Source of the DNA: Candidatus Bathyarchaeia archaeon | GTDB taxonomy: Archaea > Thermoproteota > Bathyarchaeia > Bathyarchaeales > Bathycorpusculaceae | Direction of reading: 5' to 3' | DNA: 64,000 nucleotides | Assembly (NCBI GenBank): GCA_049512075.1 | Contig: JBEKXL010000001.1 | Location: 323,462-387,461, forward strand | Part shown: positions 20,519-29,689 of the stretch, piece after piece | Position numbering within the stretch: position 1 is the stretch's first letter | Layout: every line of letters starts with the position of its first letter | Notes under the pieces: model-generated | Database searches by the model: none | The model's input: the letters and a program-made list of their open reading frames with translations, nothing else | What the model was told of the DNA's origin: nothing | Position numbers and translations under genes: made by a program

Positions 20519-20596
20519 CATGCGCGCTCTAAAATCTTAGTCAAACGAGTTCCCAAGCAGACATTCGAGCCCAGTAGATGCATGATGCTGGATAGA

Positions 20597-23500
20597 TTAG
20601 CTGGTTAAGTAGCTGCAGTAGATGCTGTACGCGCGATCTTTGAAACCTGCATAGGTAAGTGAGTTGGTGGGAAAGCTTGCCAGCGAAGTAGTTCCATAGA
20701 TAGACTGGTTCGTGCTTCCCGTGCTGTAGTAGAACCGCAGGGTCTTTCCAGAAGCCATAGCGTCAACTACGAGCCAATAGTACGCGCCTGCAGAAAGGTT
20801 AGGCGTCGTTGTCAAGGCTACGGTCACCCAGCCATTTGTTCCTGCTGGAACCGTTCCAGTTCCAGAGGCCAATAGGTTGCCAGGCGCTCCGCCAGCGTCA
20901 CTGTAGATGCCGACCTTCACGGTTCTGGCTTCGCCGTTTCCCTCTGAAACCCGAATCGATATGCTCTGAGCCACCCCATTCTTGGAAACTTGGTACCTGC
21001 TCCCGTAAAAGTATTGGCACAGGTTCGTTTGGCTTGCGCCCACGTCAATCTTGCCGAACGTTTCAGTGACTCCGGCGTTTGCCGTTTGGAAACTCCAGCT
21101 GCAAGGCACCAAGCTCTTGGCAGTCTTACTTTGGGCAGCAGCTGAAATCGAAATCGTGTAGAGTGTTCCCTGCGCCAAGCTCGCGTTTGGAGTGAAAGTC
21201 ATCACCGTATCGCCTACGGTCCAGGTGAAGCTGCCTGAAACGGACGGACTGATGGTGAACGCGTTCTGAGTGGAGGTTTGGTCCATTGGCTCGCTGAACG
21301 TGACTTGGATGGAAGTGGATGTGGAGACGCCGGTCGCGTCGCTGCTGGGGACGTGGTTGACAACGGTGGGTGCGGAGGGTGCGGTGGTTAGGTAGGTGCA
21401 GTAGATGCTGTAGACGCGAGCGTTGCGAGCTGAATATTGGCATGGATTTGCTGGGAAACTGGCATAGCTCGTAGTGCCGTAGACTCCTTGGTTTGTGGCT
21501 CCAGTGCTGTAATAGAACCTGAGAGTCTTACCTGACACTTTGGCGTCGGCCATTAGCCAATAGTAGGCGCCTGCGGAGAGTGATGGCTTGCTTGTGAGAT
21601 TTACGGTTACCCAGCCTAAGTAGTTGGCAGAAACGGTTGCTGTTCCTTGGGCAATAAGGGTAGATGGAACACCAGCGTTATCGCTGTATAGGGCTACTTT
21701 CAGAGCTGTAGCCGAACCCGTGGCTTCCTGAACGTAGAGGGTCAAGCTCTGCGCGACTCCGTTTTCGGTCATCTGGTATCTGCTTCCATAGGAATACGCG
21801 CAGAGGTTACTGACGCTGGAGCCGATGTCTTTTTTGCCGAACGTTCCTGATGTCTGCCCGGCTTGTTCTGTTGTGAAGCCCCAGGCGCTGGGTGACAGCA
21901 TGTTTTGGCCCAGCTGGTCTTTGGCGCCTGTGGATATCGTTATTGTGTAGAGTGTTTGGTAAACAAGGCTTGAAGACGGAGAGAAAGTGAGGACTGCATC
22001 ACCTGAACTCCAAGTGAAGCTGCCCGAGACTGATGGGTTCACCGTGAAAGCGTTTTGAACCGAAGACGTGTCCATTGGTTCGCTGAAAGTCACTTGTATG
22101 CTTGATGTCACAGCAACGTTGGTCGCGTTTGCTATTGGAACGTGACTGGACACGTAAGGTGGAGTAGGCACCTGAGGCTCCGGACCTACGTAAGCCCGTG
22201 AAACTACGACACAGTCACAAAAGACAGTTGTGCTCGCACAGTTGGTGATCTGAGGGAGCCCGAAAGCCACTTGGGTAAGGGCTCCGTACGTGCCTGTGTT
22301 TACTCCGGTGATTGAACAGACAAGGGAGCCGTCCACCCATAATTCGCCCAAACCAGCTGCGGCGTCCTCCTTCCAGTGAAGCTCAACGCAGTACCAGTGG
22401 TTCATTGAGGGAACGTTGGCAGAATAGGCGTAGACATAGCTTGTCCCACTCCTGATGACAAGACTCCATTGGACGAGTCCACCGGTCTTCTTCCAACCTG
22501 CATAGGCTACGCTGTTTGAACCCGCCTTGAAAATGATTGTGTAGAAGCGGTCACTCTCATCAGCAATTCCAGATTGAGAAACGTAAAAGTAGCTTCTAGC
22601 ATAAAGCTCAGTGGAGGATGCCATGGTCTTGTAGGAGTATGCGTACTCTGTTCCGCCTCCCCCGTTTGAACTGTATTTTGCGCTGTAAATGCCGTGATGA
22701 GTAGGTGTGTTGGCAGTAGCTGCAATTTCACCAGAAGATACGCTTGTGCCCGTCCATGCGTTGAAGGTTCCAGATTCGAAACCATCATAAAACAGGTTGG
22801 GTGTCCAAGGCTTCATTAGAGGATAGTGGTCAATATTGTTCATATCAATTACGTAGGGAGTATCGCCGATCCCGTCGTTGTTGGTATCCGTGCCGAGATA
22901 GTCGCTCCAGTAGTTGCCTCCAAAGGAATAACCATCATCCCAAATGTTAGCATAGCCAGATGCGGGAATGTATACTGGTGTATTATTGTTGACAAAGTTG
23001 TTATGGAGGATTTTGTTGCTTGAAGAAGAGTCAACAACAATGCCATATTGGTTGTTCGCTATGTTGTTTCCAGAAATGCTGTTGAAAGAAGAAGAGTAAA
23101 GAATGATGCCAGATTCGTTGTTTGCTGCGTTGTTTCCAGAAATGCTGTTGAAAGAAGAAGAGTAAAGAATGATGCCAGATTCGTTGTTTGCTGCGTTGTT
23201 TCCAGAAATGCTGTTGAAAGAAGAAGAGCCAAGCCAGAAGCCGTATTCGTTATTTGTTGCGTTGTTTTCAGAAACATTGTTATTTGAAGAATAATAAAGG
23301 ATGATGCCGTAGTAGCTGTCTGTCATGCTGTTTCCCGAAATGCTGTTGTTTGAAGAATAATAAAGATAAACACCATAACAATTGCTTGTTATGATGTTCC
23401 CACTAATATTATTGCCAGTAACCGTAATGCAATAGATTCCACAGGGCGATCCATTCGTTCCACTGTTTCGAATTGTGAAGCCACTGACTTTGACCAAGTT

Positions 23501-25198
23501 GGCCGTTATGGTTATTACATTTCCAGCAAGTTTCCCGTCCATAATGGTCGTCTTGTCGTTCTCCCCAATGAGCTCTATTGCTTTGTCAATGACCACATTT
23601 TCATAATATGTACCGGCTCTTACAAAAATGGCATCACCTGACCAAGCCGAACTGATAGCATTTTGAATGGTTGGATATTGATCTGGAACTATCATCTTTG
23701 TCAATACGAGGTTGGATACGACGAAATTGTTATTGACCGTGTACAAAGGAGTATCCGCGGATTGTGCATGGTTGATGCAGAATTTAGTGACTGTTCCGAC
23801 CGTTATGCTGCCACCGTCGTAGACTTGCAAGAAGTACTGTTGGTCGTAGGCTTTCGTCAGGACATCTTTGAACTCGGTAACGTCAAGCAATATATCATTA
23901 TGACAGAAGGGAACGTTGCCACCATGAATATAACTGTTAAAACTCTTTGTTACGATAGGGTTGTCAACGGTTCCAGCGCCGACCGTGATGCTGCATTCAC
24001 CTCTGTTGTTGTGGTTGATTCCGAAAGTCGCGACTAACTGTGGTGTGTAGTTCAGAAGGTCGCTACAAATCATGCAGAAGCTTACGCGTTGTTTCATGGC
24101 TTCGTAGGAAATCCAATAACAGCCGTCACAGATATGCTCCCAGCTAAAAGGCGACGGAAGCCACGGGATACCCCAAGAGTTCGCAATCTTGAAAGCGCCA
24201 TAGTGTGTTTGCCCCGCTTCAGTGTATGCGAAGTTGTCATCGTATCCCACTATTGTTCCGGCATGATTTGTACTCGGATTCACATAGTTGTCAAGTGTAA
24301 GCATATCGTTGCCATCAAGCAAGGACCAGCCCCAGGTGGGATCTTGGATCTTGTGTGCATCCACGCTTACTATAGCGAGATTACCTGAAGACAACCATGT
24401 CTTGAGTTTTGCGAGACCAGCGTCATCTTGCAGCATCATATATAAATTGATGCTGCTAGCATTGGCTCGATATAGAGGTGCTTCCTTCCATGCGATTTCA
24501 GAAGGCCAACTCGTGTAATCGCCCGCGTTGTACGGCATTGTGCTTAGCGAGCAGTCGCCCACAGAACATATGAGCCCTATTGCATCAGAGTAGTATGATC
24601 CTTTATCTACGCCGTCGTCGATCAGGTTGTAGATGAAACTTGGGCTCATGATTTCGTTTTGCATGGCTCCCGAGTTTACATTCCAATTGTGTTCTTTTGC
24701 CTCTTGGAAGGTCTTCGTGTAGTACCCAACAGCCCAAGCAACACACGAACCTTCTTGACCTTGGTCTCCGATTGGTGGAAACCAAGGTTCAGCCATGTTA
24801 TCCCAACTGGATGGGGACTGGCCCGAAATTGAAATCTGATCTGCCACACTTGCTTCGTTCTCTATCAATTTCCACTCTTCTTCAGACGGGGGAGCCAAAC
24901 CTGTTCCATGACCTTTCACAACTTGATTGTAGTTTTGGCCTTCATTTCTAATTCCGGTTCTGGCTTCCAACAATTGCAGCTCGCTTTCGTTCATTGCGCT
25001 TTGAACAATCGTTGGTTGCGCTTCGATGGTTTTTTGATTATTCTCTGTTGTGTTGCTGCCACCATACTGTGGATTTGAGGAGATAGGCGATTGCGACAAC
25101 TTCTCAGTATCTGCTCTTACAGACTGTATCTTGCAGGCTAATCCGAAGACCTGCATTAGCAGAAGAAAAACGAATAGAACAGCAATAATCCTTCTCAT
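20597..25198 (-). CDS. Large secreted protein: C1A papain-like peptidase + NosD/CASH beta-helix + beta-sandwich + two Ig-like (Big_5) + two repeated C-terminal domains
   Basis: Signal peptide; QGQEGSCVAWA, NHAGTIVGYDD, IANSWG; SNNSISGN repeats; IQVTFSEPMD twice. Confidence 0.85.
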   Translation of the reverse strand: MRRIIAVLFVFLLLMQVFGLACKIQSVRADTEKLSQSPISSNPQYGGSNTTENNQKTIEAQPTIVQSAMNESELQLLEARTGIRNEGQNYNQVVKGHGTGLAPPSEEEWKLIENEASVADQISISGQSPSSWDNMAEPWFPPIGDQGQEGSCVAWAVGYYTKTFQEAKEHNWNVNSGAMQNEIMSPSFIYNLIDDGVDKGSYYSDAIGLICSVGDCSLSTMPYNAGDYTSWPSEIAWKEAPLYRANASSINLYMMLQDDAGLAKLKTWLSSGNLAIVSVDAHKIQDPTWGWSLLDGNDMLTLDNYVNPSTNHAGTIVGYDDNFAYTEAGQTHYGAFKIANSWGIPWLPSPFSWEHICDGCYWISYEAMKQRVSFCMICSDLLNYTPQLVATFGINHNNRGECSITVGAGTVDNPIVTKSFNSYIHGGNVPFCHNDILLDVTEFKDVLTKAYDQQYFLQVYDGGSITVGTVTKFCINHAQSADTPLYTVNNNFVVSNLVLTKMIVPDQYPTIQNAISSAWSGDAIFVRAGTYYENVVIDKAIELIGENDKTTIMDGKLAGNVITITANLVKVSGFTIRNSGTNGSPCGIYCITVTGNNISGNIITSNCYGVYLYYSSNNSISGNSMTDSYYGIILYYSSNNNVSENNATNNEYGFWLGSSSFNSISGNNAANNESGIILYSSSFNSISGNNAANNESGIILYSSSFNSISGNNIANNQYGIVVDSSSSNKILHNNFVNNNTPVYIPASGYANIWDDGYSFGGNYWSDYLGTDTNNDGIGDTPYVIDMNNIDHYPLMKPWTPNLFYDGFESGTFNAWTGTSVSSGEIAATANTPTHHGIYSAKYSSNGGGGTEYAYSYKTMASSTELYARSYFYVSQSGIADESDRFYTIIFKAGSNSVAYAGWKKTGGLVQWSLVIRSGTSYVYAYSANVPSMNHWYCVELHWKEDAAAGLGELWVDGSLVCSITGVNTGTYGALTQVAFGLPQITNCASTTVFCDCVVVSRAYVGPEPQVPTPPYVSSHVPIANATNVAVTSSIQVTFSEPMDTSSVQNAFTVNPSVSGSFTWSSGDAVLTFSPSSSLVYQTLYTITISTGAKDQLGQNMLSPSAWGFTTEQAGQTSGTFGKKDIGSSVSNLCAYSYGSRYQMTENGVAQSLTLYVQEATGSATALKVALYSDNAGVPSTLIAQGTATVSANYLGWVTVNLTSKPSLSAGAYYWLMADAKVSGKTLRFYYSTGATNQGVYGTTSYASFPANPCQYSARNARVYSIYCTYLTTAPSAPTVVNHVPSSDATGVSTSTSIQVTFSEPMDQTSTQNAFTISPSVSGSFTWTVGDTVMTFTPNASLAQGTLYTISISAAAQSKTAKSLVPCSWSFQTANAGVTETFGKIDVGASQTNLCQYFYGSRYQVSKNGVAQSISIRVSEGNGEARTVKVGIYSDAGGAPGNLLASGTGTVPAGTNGWVTVALTTTPNLSAGAYYWLVVDAMASGKTLRFYYSTGSTNQSIYGTTSLASFPTNSLTYAGFKDRAYSIYCSYLTS

Positions 25199-25372
25199 TT
25201 AGTATGCAAATCCTCCCGAATAGTATGATTGATATTTCGTCTGTTCGTTTTTAAGACTTGTGATAAATAGCTCTAGGCACAGTGAACGCGTTTCTGATTG
25301 AATCTAGATTCCTTCGGGCATATGATGGATGAGAGCAGAGCATAATTGAATAAATGTTAACGCGCGCGTGCT

Positions 25373-26398
25373 TCAGTTTAGGTTTGCTGTTCTGGGAATC
25401 CATGTTTCATGTTCATCTCTAAGATATCGGGCGAAGAGAAAAGCTTCTTCGTTAATCAATGTTTCAATGGTTTGGCGTTTGCCATGCTTCATTCTCGGAA
25501 TCTCAACCACCGATTCAAAATAAGAATAGAGTTTACCTGTTAGATCAACCGTCTCAGAATCGTTCAGGTACTCCCTCTGTCCAGCCTTGTTTTTACTGAA
25601 TTCCTCATGCTTCATCATGAAGTCTTTTTTCTTGAAGTTTGCAGAGTTTTGAATGAGAAAGTTTTCAACAAGGTATCTGTACAATTCCATGAAGTCGCAT
25701 ACAAGAGACGGTTTACCCCATGCTTCAGAATGCAAGAAACCCAGATACGGCTCAAGCTTCGCCCTTACGATGGCTCTGTAGACTTTCCATTTCAGAATCG
25801 TATAGGCAAGGTTGAAAAGATTGTTTAGTCCGTCATATGCCTTGAACGTTTTACGATTTTCAACTTGCATGAAACTCGGGAACAGTTGAAAGACCTGCTT
25901 GAAGTATTGTTTTGAACAATGGCCTTCAATTGCCATGAGTTTGGTTGTTATGTTTCCAGAATTGACTTCTTCAATTGCTCTCTTGATTGTGAGTAGATTA
26001 TGTTGTCGCAGGCCATATTTTCTTAAGACAAGGTTCTCGGTTTCAATTCTGGAGGCGACTATCTTCTTGGCGATAGAGACTCCCTTATCGTTCTTAGAGG
26101 CTTCATATTGGCTGATTCGAGTCTTAACGTGGCTGTCATCGTCTAAGCCTTTCAGCATGGCGACAGGTTGACCTTTCTGGGTGACGATTAGAACGTCTAT
26201 GTCCCAGAATCCCATAGAAGCTAAGGCTCCTGTCGAAACAAGATTTCCGCTTTTGAGAACCACTTCGCCTATCTCGTTTTCGAACAAAGGATAACGCTGA
26301 ACATTCTGTTCTTTGTCCCTCACAATAAAGCAACCTTTCTCCATTCCCAAATATGAGCCTCGACCATCGAGAGCAATCTTGAGAACTTTAGTCTTCAA
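25373..26398 (-). CDS. cas1: Solo Cas1 endonuclease/integrase (casposase-like)
   Basis: Cas1 motifs with catalytic triad: LMAIEG (E), NNLFNLAY, LEPYLGFLH (H), SLVCDFMELYR (E); no cas2 or array nearby. Confidence 0.92.
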   Translation of the reverse strand: MKTKVLKIALDGRGSYLGMEKGCFIVRDKEQNVQRYPLFENEIGEVVLKSGNLVSTGALASMGFWDIDVLIVTQKGQPVAMLKGLDDDSHVKTRISQYEASKNDKGVSIAKKIVASRIETENLVLRKYGLRQHNLLTIKRAIEEVNSGNITTKLMAIEGHCSKQYFKQVFQLFPSFMQVENRKTFKAYDGLNNLFNLAYTILKWKVYRAIVRAKLEPYLGFLHSEAWGKPSLVCDFMELYRYLVENFLIQNSANFKKKDFMMKHEEFSKNKAGQREYLNDSETVDLTGKLYSYFESVVEIPRMKHGKRQTIETLINEEAFLFARYLRDEHETWIPRTANLN

Positions 26399-26430
26399 CT
26401 ACCTTCCACTCCTCGGGCGCGTGCATCAAA

Positions 26431-27039
26431 TCACTCTCTATATTCCGATTGATTCGGTGGACTGTATCGCCGCTCACTTTCAGGCTTGAACAATTCGACC
26501 AGATAGTTACTCAGATCAAAGGCGTCATCTATCGTACGTCTGTGAGAAGAAGTAATGTGGTTCATCTGCATAGACTTCAGATACCCAAAACCATACTTTA
26601 TGAGCAGCATGGCAATCTCAGCTCTTACGAGGTCTGGAGGCTCTCTTACTGCACGCTGTCTACCCCCTTCTTTCTCAGACCCTGCAATGACAGGTACGTA
26701 AATTGTGGGCTTCAAAAGGAGAGCTTTCACAATAGGTTCCAGAGTCTCTTTAGTCACAACCTGATTCACGTCGTCTCTGTCTGCAACTTCGACAAACAGG
26801 TTGACATCAACTAGCCCCACTCTTACGCTACTCCGCACTTTATACCAAAAAGTGCTTTTGGCCTGCTTTTCCATTTTGCCGCTCCCTTCCAGTTTGCCGC
26901 CCTCTCCCATTCTGCCGCCTCTTCCCAAAATTCCCAAGAGCTGCTTCCTTCTATTCTTCCTGAAGATGCCTCCTCTAGAGTTGATATATAGCTTAAATGC
27001 GGCTATCGCTTTTTGCCTATTCCTATCTTTTGCTTCCAT
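26431..27039 (-). CDS. Hypothetical protein, co-oriented upstream of cas1
   Basis: 202-aa ORF with basic N-terminus; divergent from the RHH gene. Confidence 0.6.
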   Translation of the reverse strand: MEAKDRNRQKAIAAFKLYINSRGGIFRKNRRKQLLGILGRGGRMGEGGKLEGSGKMEKQAKSTFWYKVRSSVRVGLVDVNLFVEVADRDDVNQVVTKETLEPIVKALLLKPTIYVPVIAGSEKEGGRQRAVREPPDLVRAEIAMLLIKYGFGYLKSMQMNHITSSHRRTIDDAFDLSNYLVELFKPESERRYSPPNQSEYRE

Positions 27040-27059
27040 TATAGACTATCTCCAATTAG

Positions 27060-27095
27060 AATATAGCCATAATTTATATATATACCTTCCCATTT
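27060..27095. promoter_or_regulatory. AT-rich divergent promoter region
   Basis: TATA-like tttatatata at ~27073-27084 between divergent starts 27039 and 27118. Confidence 0.5.
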
Positions 27096-27117
27096 ATGCA
27101 TTTCGGAGAAAACAAAT

Positions 27118-27726
27118 ATGGAATCGTTACAACACGCTGAAGATGTGTCTGAGAACAGATCAGACCTTCACGACGCCGAAAGCTTAGAATCCGAAACGCT
27201 TCCCCCTCTAGGAGAACAGCGCACACGCAACAAGGATGTAGAAACACTTGACGAGAATGAACCGCTAAAACAAGTATTGATATACCTCTCCGACAAGCGA
27301 CTGAAACAGCTACGCAAAATAGCTTACACCAGAGGCGTTAGCAGAGCCTCTCTAGTAAGAGAAGCCGTTGAAGACTGGTTCACTGAACAATCAAATTCCA
27401 AAGAGAAGATTCCGAACGAACTATTGGAAAAGATTCTCGATTATTGCTCAAAAGACTACGGCGATGGCTTTGAAATTGATGGAGACACTGGATTCGTAGC
27501 AATGATGCAAGAAAACAAGTTACAACTCAAAGACCTAACAAAAAAACAGTGGGTCGAAGTGGCTAAGAAAATCGACATCGGCTTCAACAGGTATTTTTCG
27601 CAGCCTTCACCCGAAGAATTCGCAGGCAAGTTTGACCCAATATCACCCAGCAAGGAACAACGCGCATGGCTATCAAGTAATGAGAATCTCCCAGAAGATT
27701 CTGAGGAAGAAAAAGGGAAGGAATGA
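27118..27726 (+). CDS. Ribbon-helix-helix (CopG-like) domain protein
   Basis: KQVLIYLSDKRLKQLRKIAYTRGVSRASLVREAVEDW. Confidence 0.75.
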   Translation: MESLQHAEDVSENRSDLHDAESLESETLPPLGEQRTRNKDVETLDENEPLKQVLIYLSDKRLKQLRKIAYTRGVSRASLVREAVEDWFTEQSNSKEKIPNELLEKILDYCSKDYGDGFEIDGDTGFVAMMQENKLQLKDLTKKQWVEVAKKIDIGFNRYFSQPSPEEFAGKFDPISPSKEQRAWLSSNENLPEDSEEEKGKE

Positions 27727-27805
27727 CTTCATGAGAAGGCAAACGAAACCTACCCCTTTCTTAGTTTTTGAAAAACAGAAGAAAACCTGAGAGTAGTGTT
27801 CAGAC

Positions 27806-28705
27806 ATGGAAAATTGCCAAGTATCGGTCAAGAAGAGTCAGAGTGATACACCTACCAAGGAATATGACTCTGGCCTCAGGGTAATAGACCCCTCCAGGTG
27901 TATCACTCTGGAAAGTGACAAGGAACCCTTACTCATAATCAACATAGTTCTTCAAACAGCTTTCCTCAAATCCTGTCCAAAACCCAAATCGCTTTTGCTG
28001 ATAGCCAAATCTGGAATCGGCAAATCACGGCTGCTGTCGCCTCTTTCAAGACTGGACTTCGTGAGCTACGTAAACGACATCACACCGAAGTATCTGGTTG
28101 AATTTCTGAAAAGAGCCAAGATTGGTGAGAAGAAGTTTCTAGTGATTCCTGACTATACGTCTTGTCTCAGTCACGGCGTTAACACAAGAAACACTTTGAA
28201 TGCAATTCTTAGAAGCATGACCGAAGAGGGCGTCAGCGATCTTTCTGACTATCATCTTGAGTTTCAGTCAGACACACCAGTGAGGGCAGGCCTGCTGACT
28301 GCCATTACCACTGCTTCCTATGCAATGTTCAGGGAATCATGGAAGACTACTGGTTTCCTGTCAAGGTTGATTCCCGTTTCGTTTGACCATTCCGTAGCAA
28401 CCAAGGAGAAAATAATGGATACTATCGATGCCAGGTTGCCTGACGTTATAGACAAGGTGAAACTTGAAGTAAAGAAAAGACCCGGAACAGTTGAATGCCC
28501 AGAGAATCTTTTGCGTCAACTGAGGCAGATAGAAGAGAATCTTGCCTTGCATTCTGGCTCGTTACCGTACAGGCATCAGATTCAACTGAACGCGTTGACA
28601 GAAAGTTTAGCTGTCATGAGAAACCACGCCGCAGTCACGCAGGAAGACATTGACACGATCAGTTATTTGTCCAACTGGATAAACTACGATTTCAATCCCT
28701 TATGA
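27806..28705 (+). CDS. AAA+ ATPase, MCM-like core (mobile-element type)
   Basis: Walker A AKSGIGKS, Walker B FLVIPD, LRSMTEEG, arginine-finger-like GFLSRL. Confidence 0.7.
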   Translation: MENCQVSVKKSQSDTPTKEYDSGLRVIDPSRCITLESDKEPLLIINIVLQTAFLKSCPKPKSLLLIAKSGIGKSRLLSPLSRLDFVSYVNDITPKYLVEFLKRAKIGEKKFLVIPDYTSCLSHGVNTRNTLNAILRSMTEEGVSDLSDYHLEFQSDTPVRAGLLTAITTASYAMFRESWKTTGFLSRLIPVSFDHSVATKEKIMDTIDARLPDVIDKVKLEVKKRPGTVECPENLLRQLRQIEENLALHSGSLPYRHQIQLNALTESLAVMRNHAAVTQEDIDTISYLSNWINYDFNPL

Positions 28706-28724
28706 ATTGAGAAGAGTGAGGCAC

Positions 28725-28919
28725 ATGACAAAGAGATTAGTGTGCGCTGAATCTGAACAGGTCATTGGCGTTCTAATCGACTTTCAGGACAGAGACCACA
28801 AAGACCACGCTATCAAGTTCATCTCTCACAGAGGTTTTGACAGATTGTTATGTGATCATGTTTTCTCCCATTTCTGTGTGGAATGTCCCCAGTATGAATG
28901 CGATAGGAGAAGTGTTTGA
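28725..28919 (+). CDS. Small Cys-rich hypothetical protein
   Basis: MTKRLVCAES...FCVECPQYEC, in operon position after the ATPase. Confidence 0.45.
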   Translation: MTKRLVCAESEQVIGVLIDFQDRDHKDHAIKFISHRGFDRLLCDHVFSHFCVECPQYECDRRSV

Positions 28920-28941
28920 CAGATAGAAGAGGTGTTTTGAC

Positions 28942-29238
28942 ATGGCGTTTGCTGGGCAGGGAAGGAAGAAGCAGCTTAAGATTTATGGCACGAGAAGGAA
29001 AGGCCACCGTGAACTTTGGACTGTGAAGGGGAAGGGGAAGTATTTCTGGGTGAGACGTGACATTAAATGAAGGTTTTTGGCTTCTGGCAAGTGGAATCCG
29101 AAAGAGCCTCTATGTGAGACGTTGTTCACGGAAACTGAGCCTTTAATCATCGATTATGACATAGGCAGTGAAGCTCTAGGCAAAGTTAGGCAACTTGTCA
29201 ATGAATGGGAATGGATTGATTTTGAGGCTGAAAGCTAG
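28942..29238 (+). pseudogene. Small basic protein with internal TGA
   Basis: MAFAGQGRKKQLK...WVRRDIK*RFLASGKWNPKEP...FEAES*; reading GGA for TGA (29068-70) gives RDxKGRF; abuts the next ATG. Confidence 0.5.
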
Positions 29239-29640
29239 ATGACACATGAATGGGTAACTTCAGGTTACTGCATAGGCTTCAACACGGATAGAGGAGTCGT
29301 TCTGGATTTGGACAACATGAAGTACCGCAAGGCTCTAAAGATCACTGAGGATCTCTGCAAGTCGTATAGGCTTCAAGGCTATCTTCTGATCAAGTCAAGT
29401 CCTAAGAGCTACCATGCTGTGTTTAACCGTTATCTTTCTTGGAGAAAAGTCACGAAGATACTGTTCAGTCGGTATTAGACAGTTAGGTATGCTGTGTTTC
29501 AAATGATGTCTGGACATTTGACTCTTCGCATTAGTAAGAAGAATGGAAAGGACAAGCCTCAGATTGTGCGTCAAATGGGAAAATCTGACAAGTTGGTTAA
29601 GGACTATCTTGAAGTCTATGAAGTATTCAGAGATTACTAA
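29239..29640 (+). pseudogene. Minimal archaeo-eukaryotic primase (AEP)-like gene with internal TAG
   Basis: VVLDLD (motif I DxD), KSSPKSYHAVF (motif II His), LTLRI after the in-frame TAG at 29476-78; frame stays open to TAA 29640. Confidence 0.55.
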
Positions 29641-29689
29641 GCGTGCGCATCAATAGCTTTGAAAAAATGTTTGGCGCGAGTGCCTAATT

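Noticed and set aside
23050-23360. 66-bp tandem repeats resembling an array
   Set aside because: In-frame 22-aa beta-helix (NosD/CASH) repeats within a coding sequence, with no unique spacers
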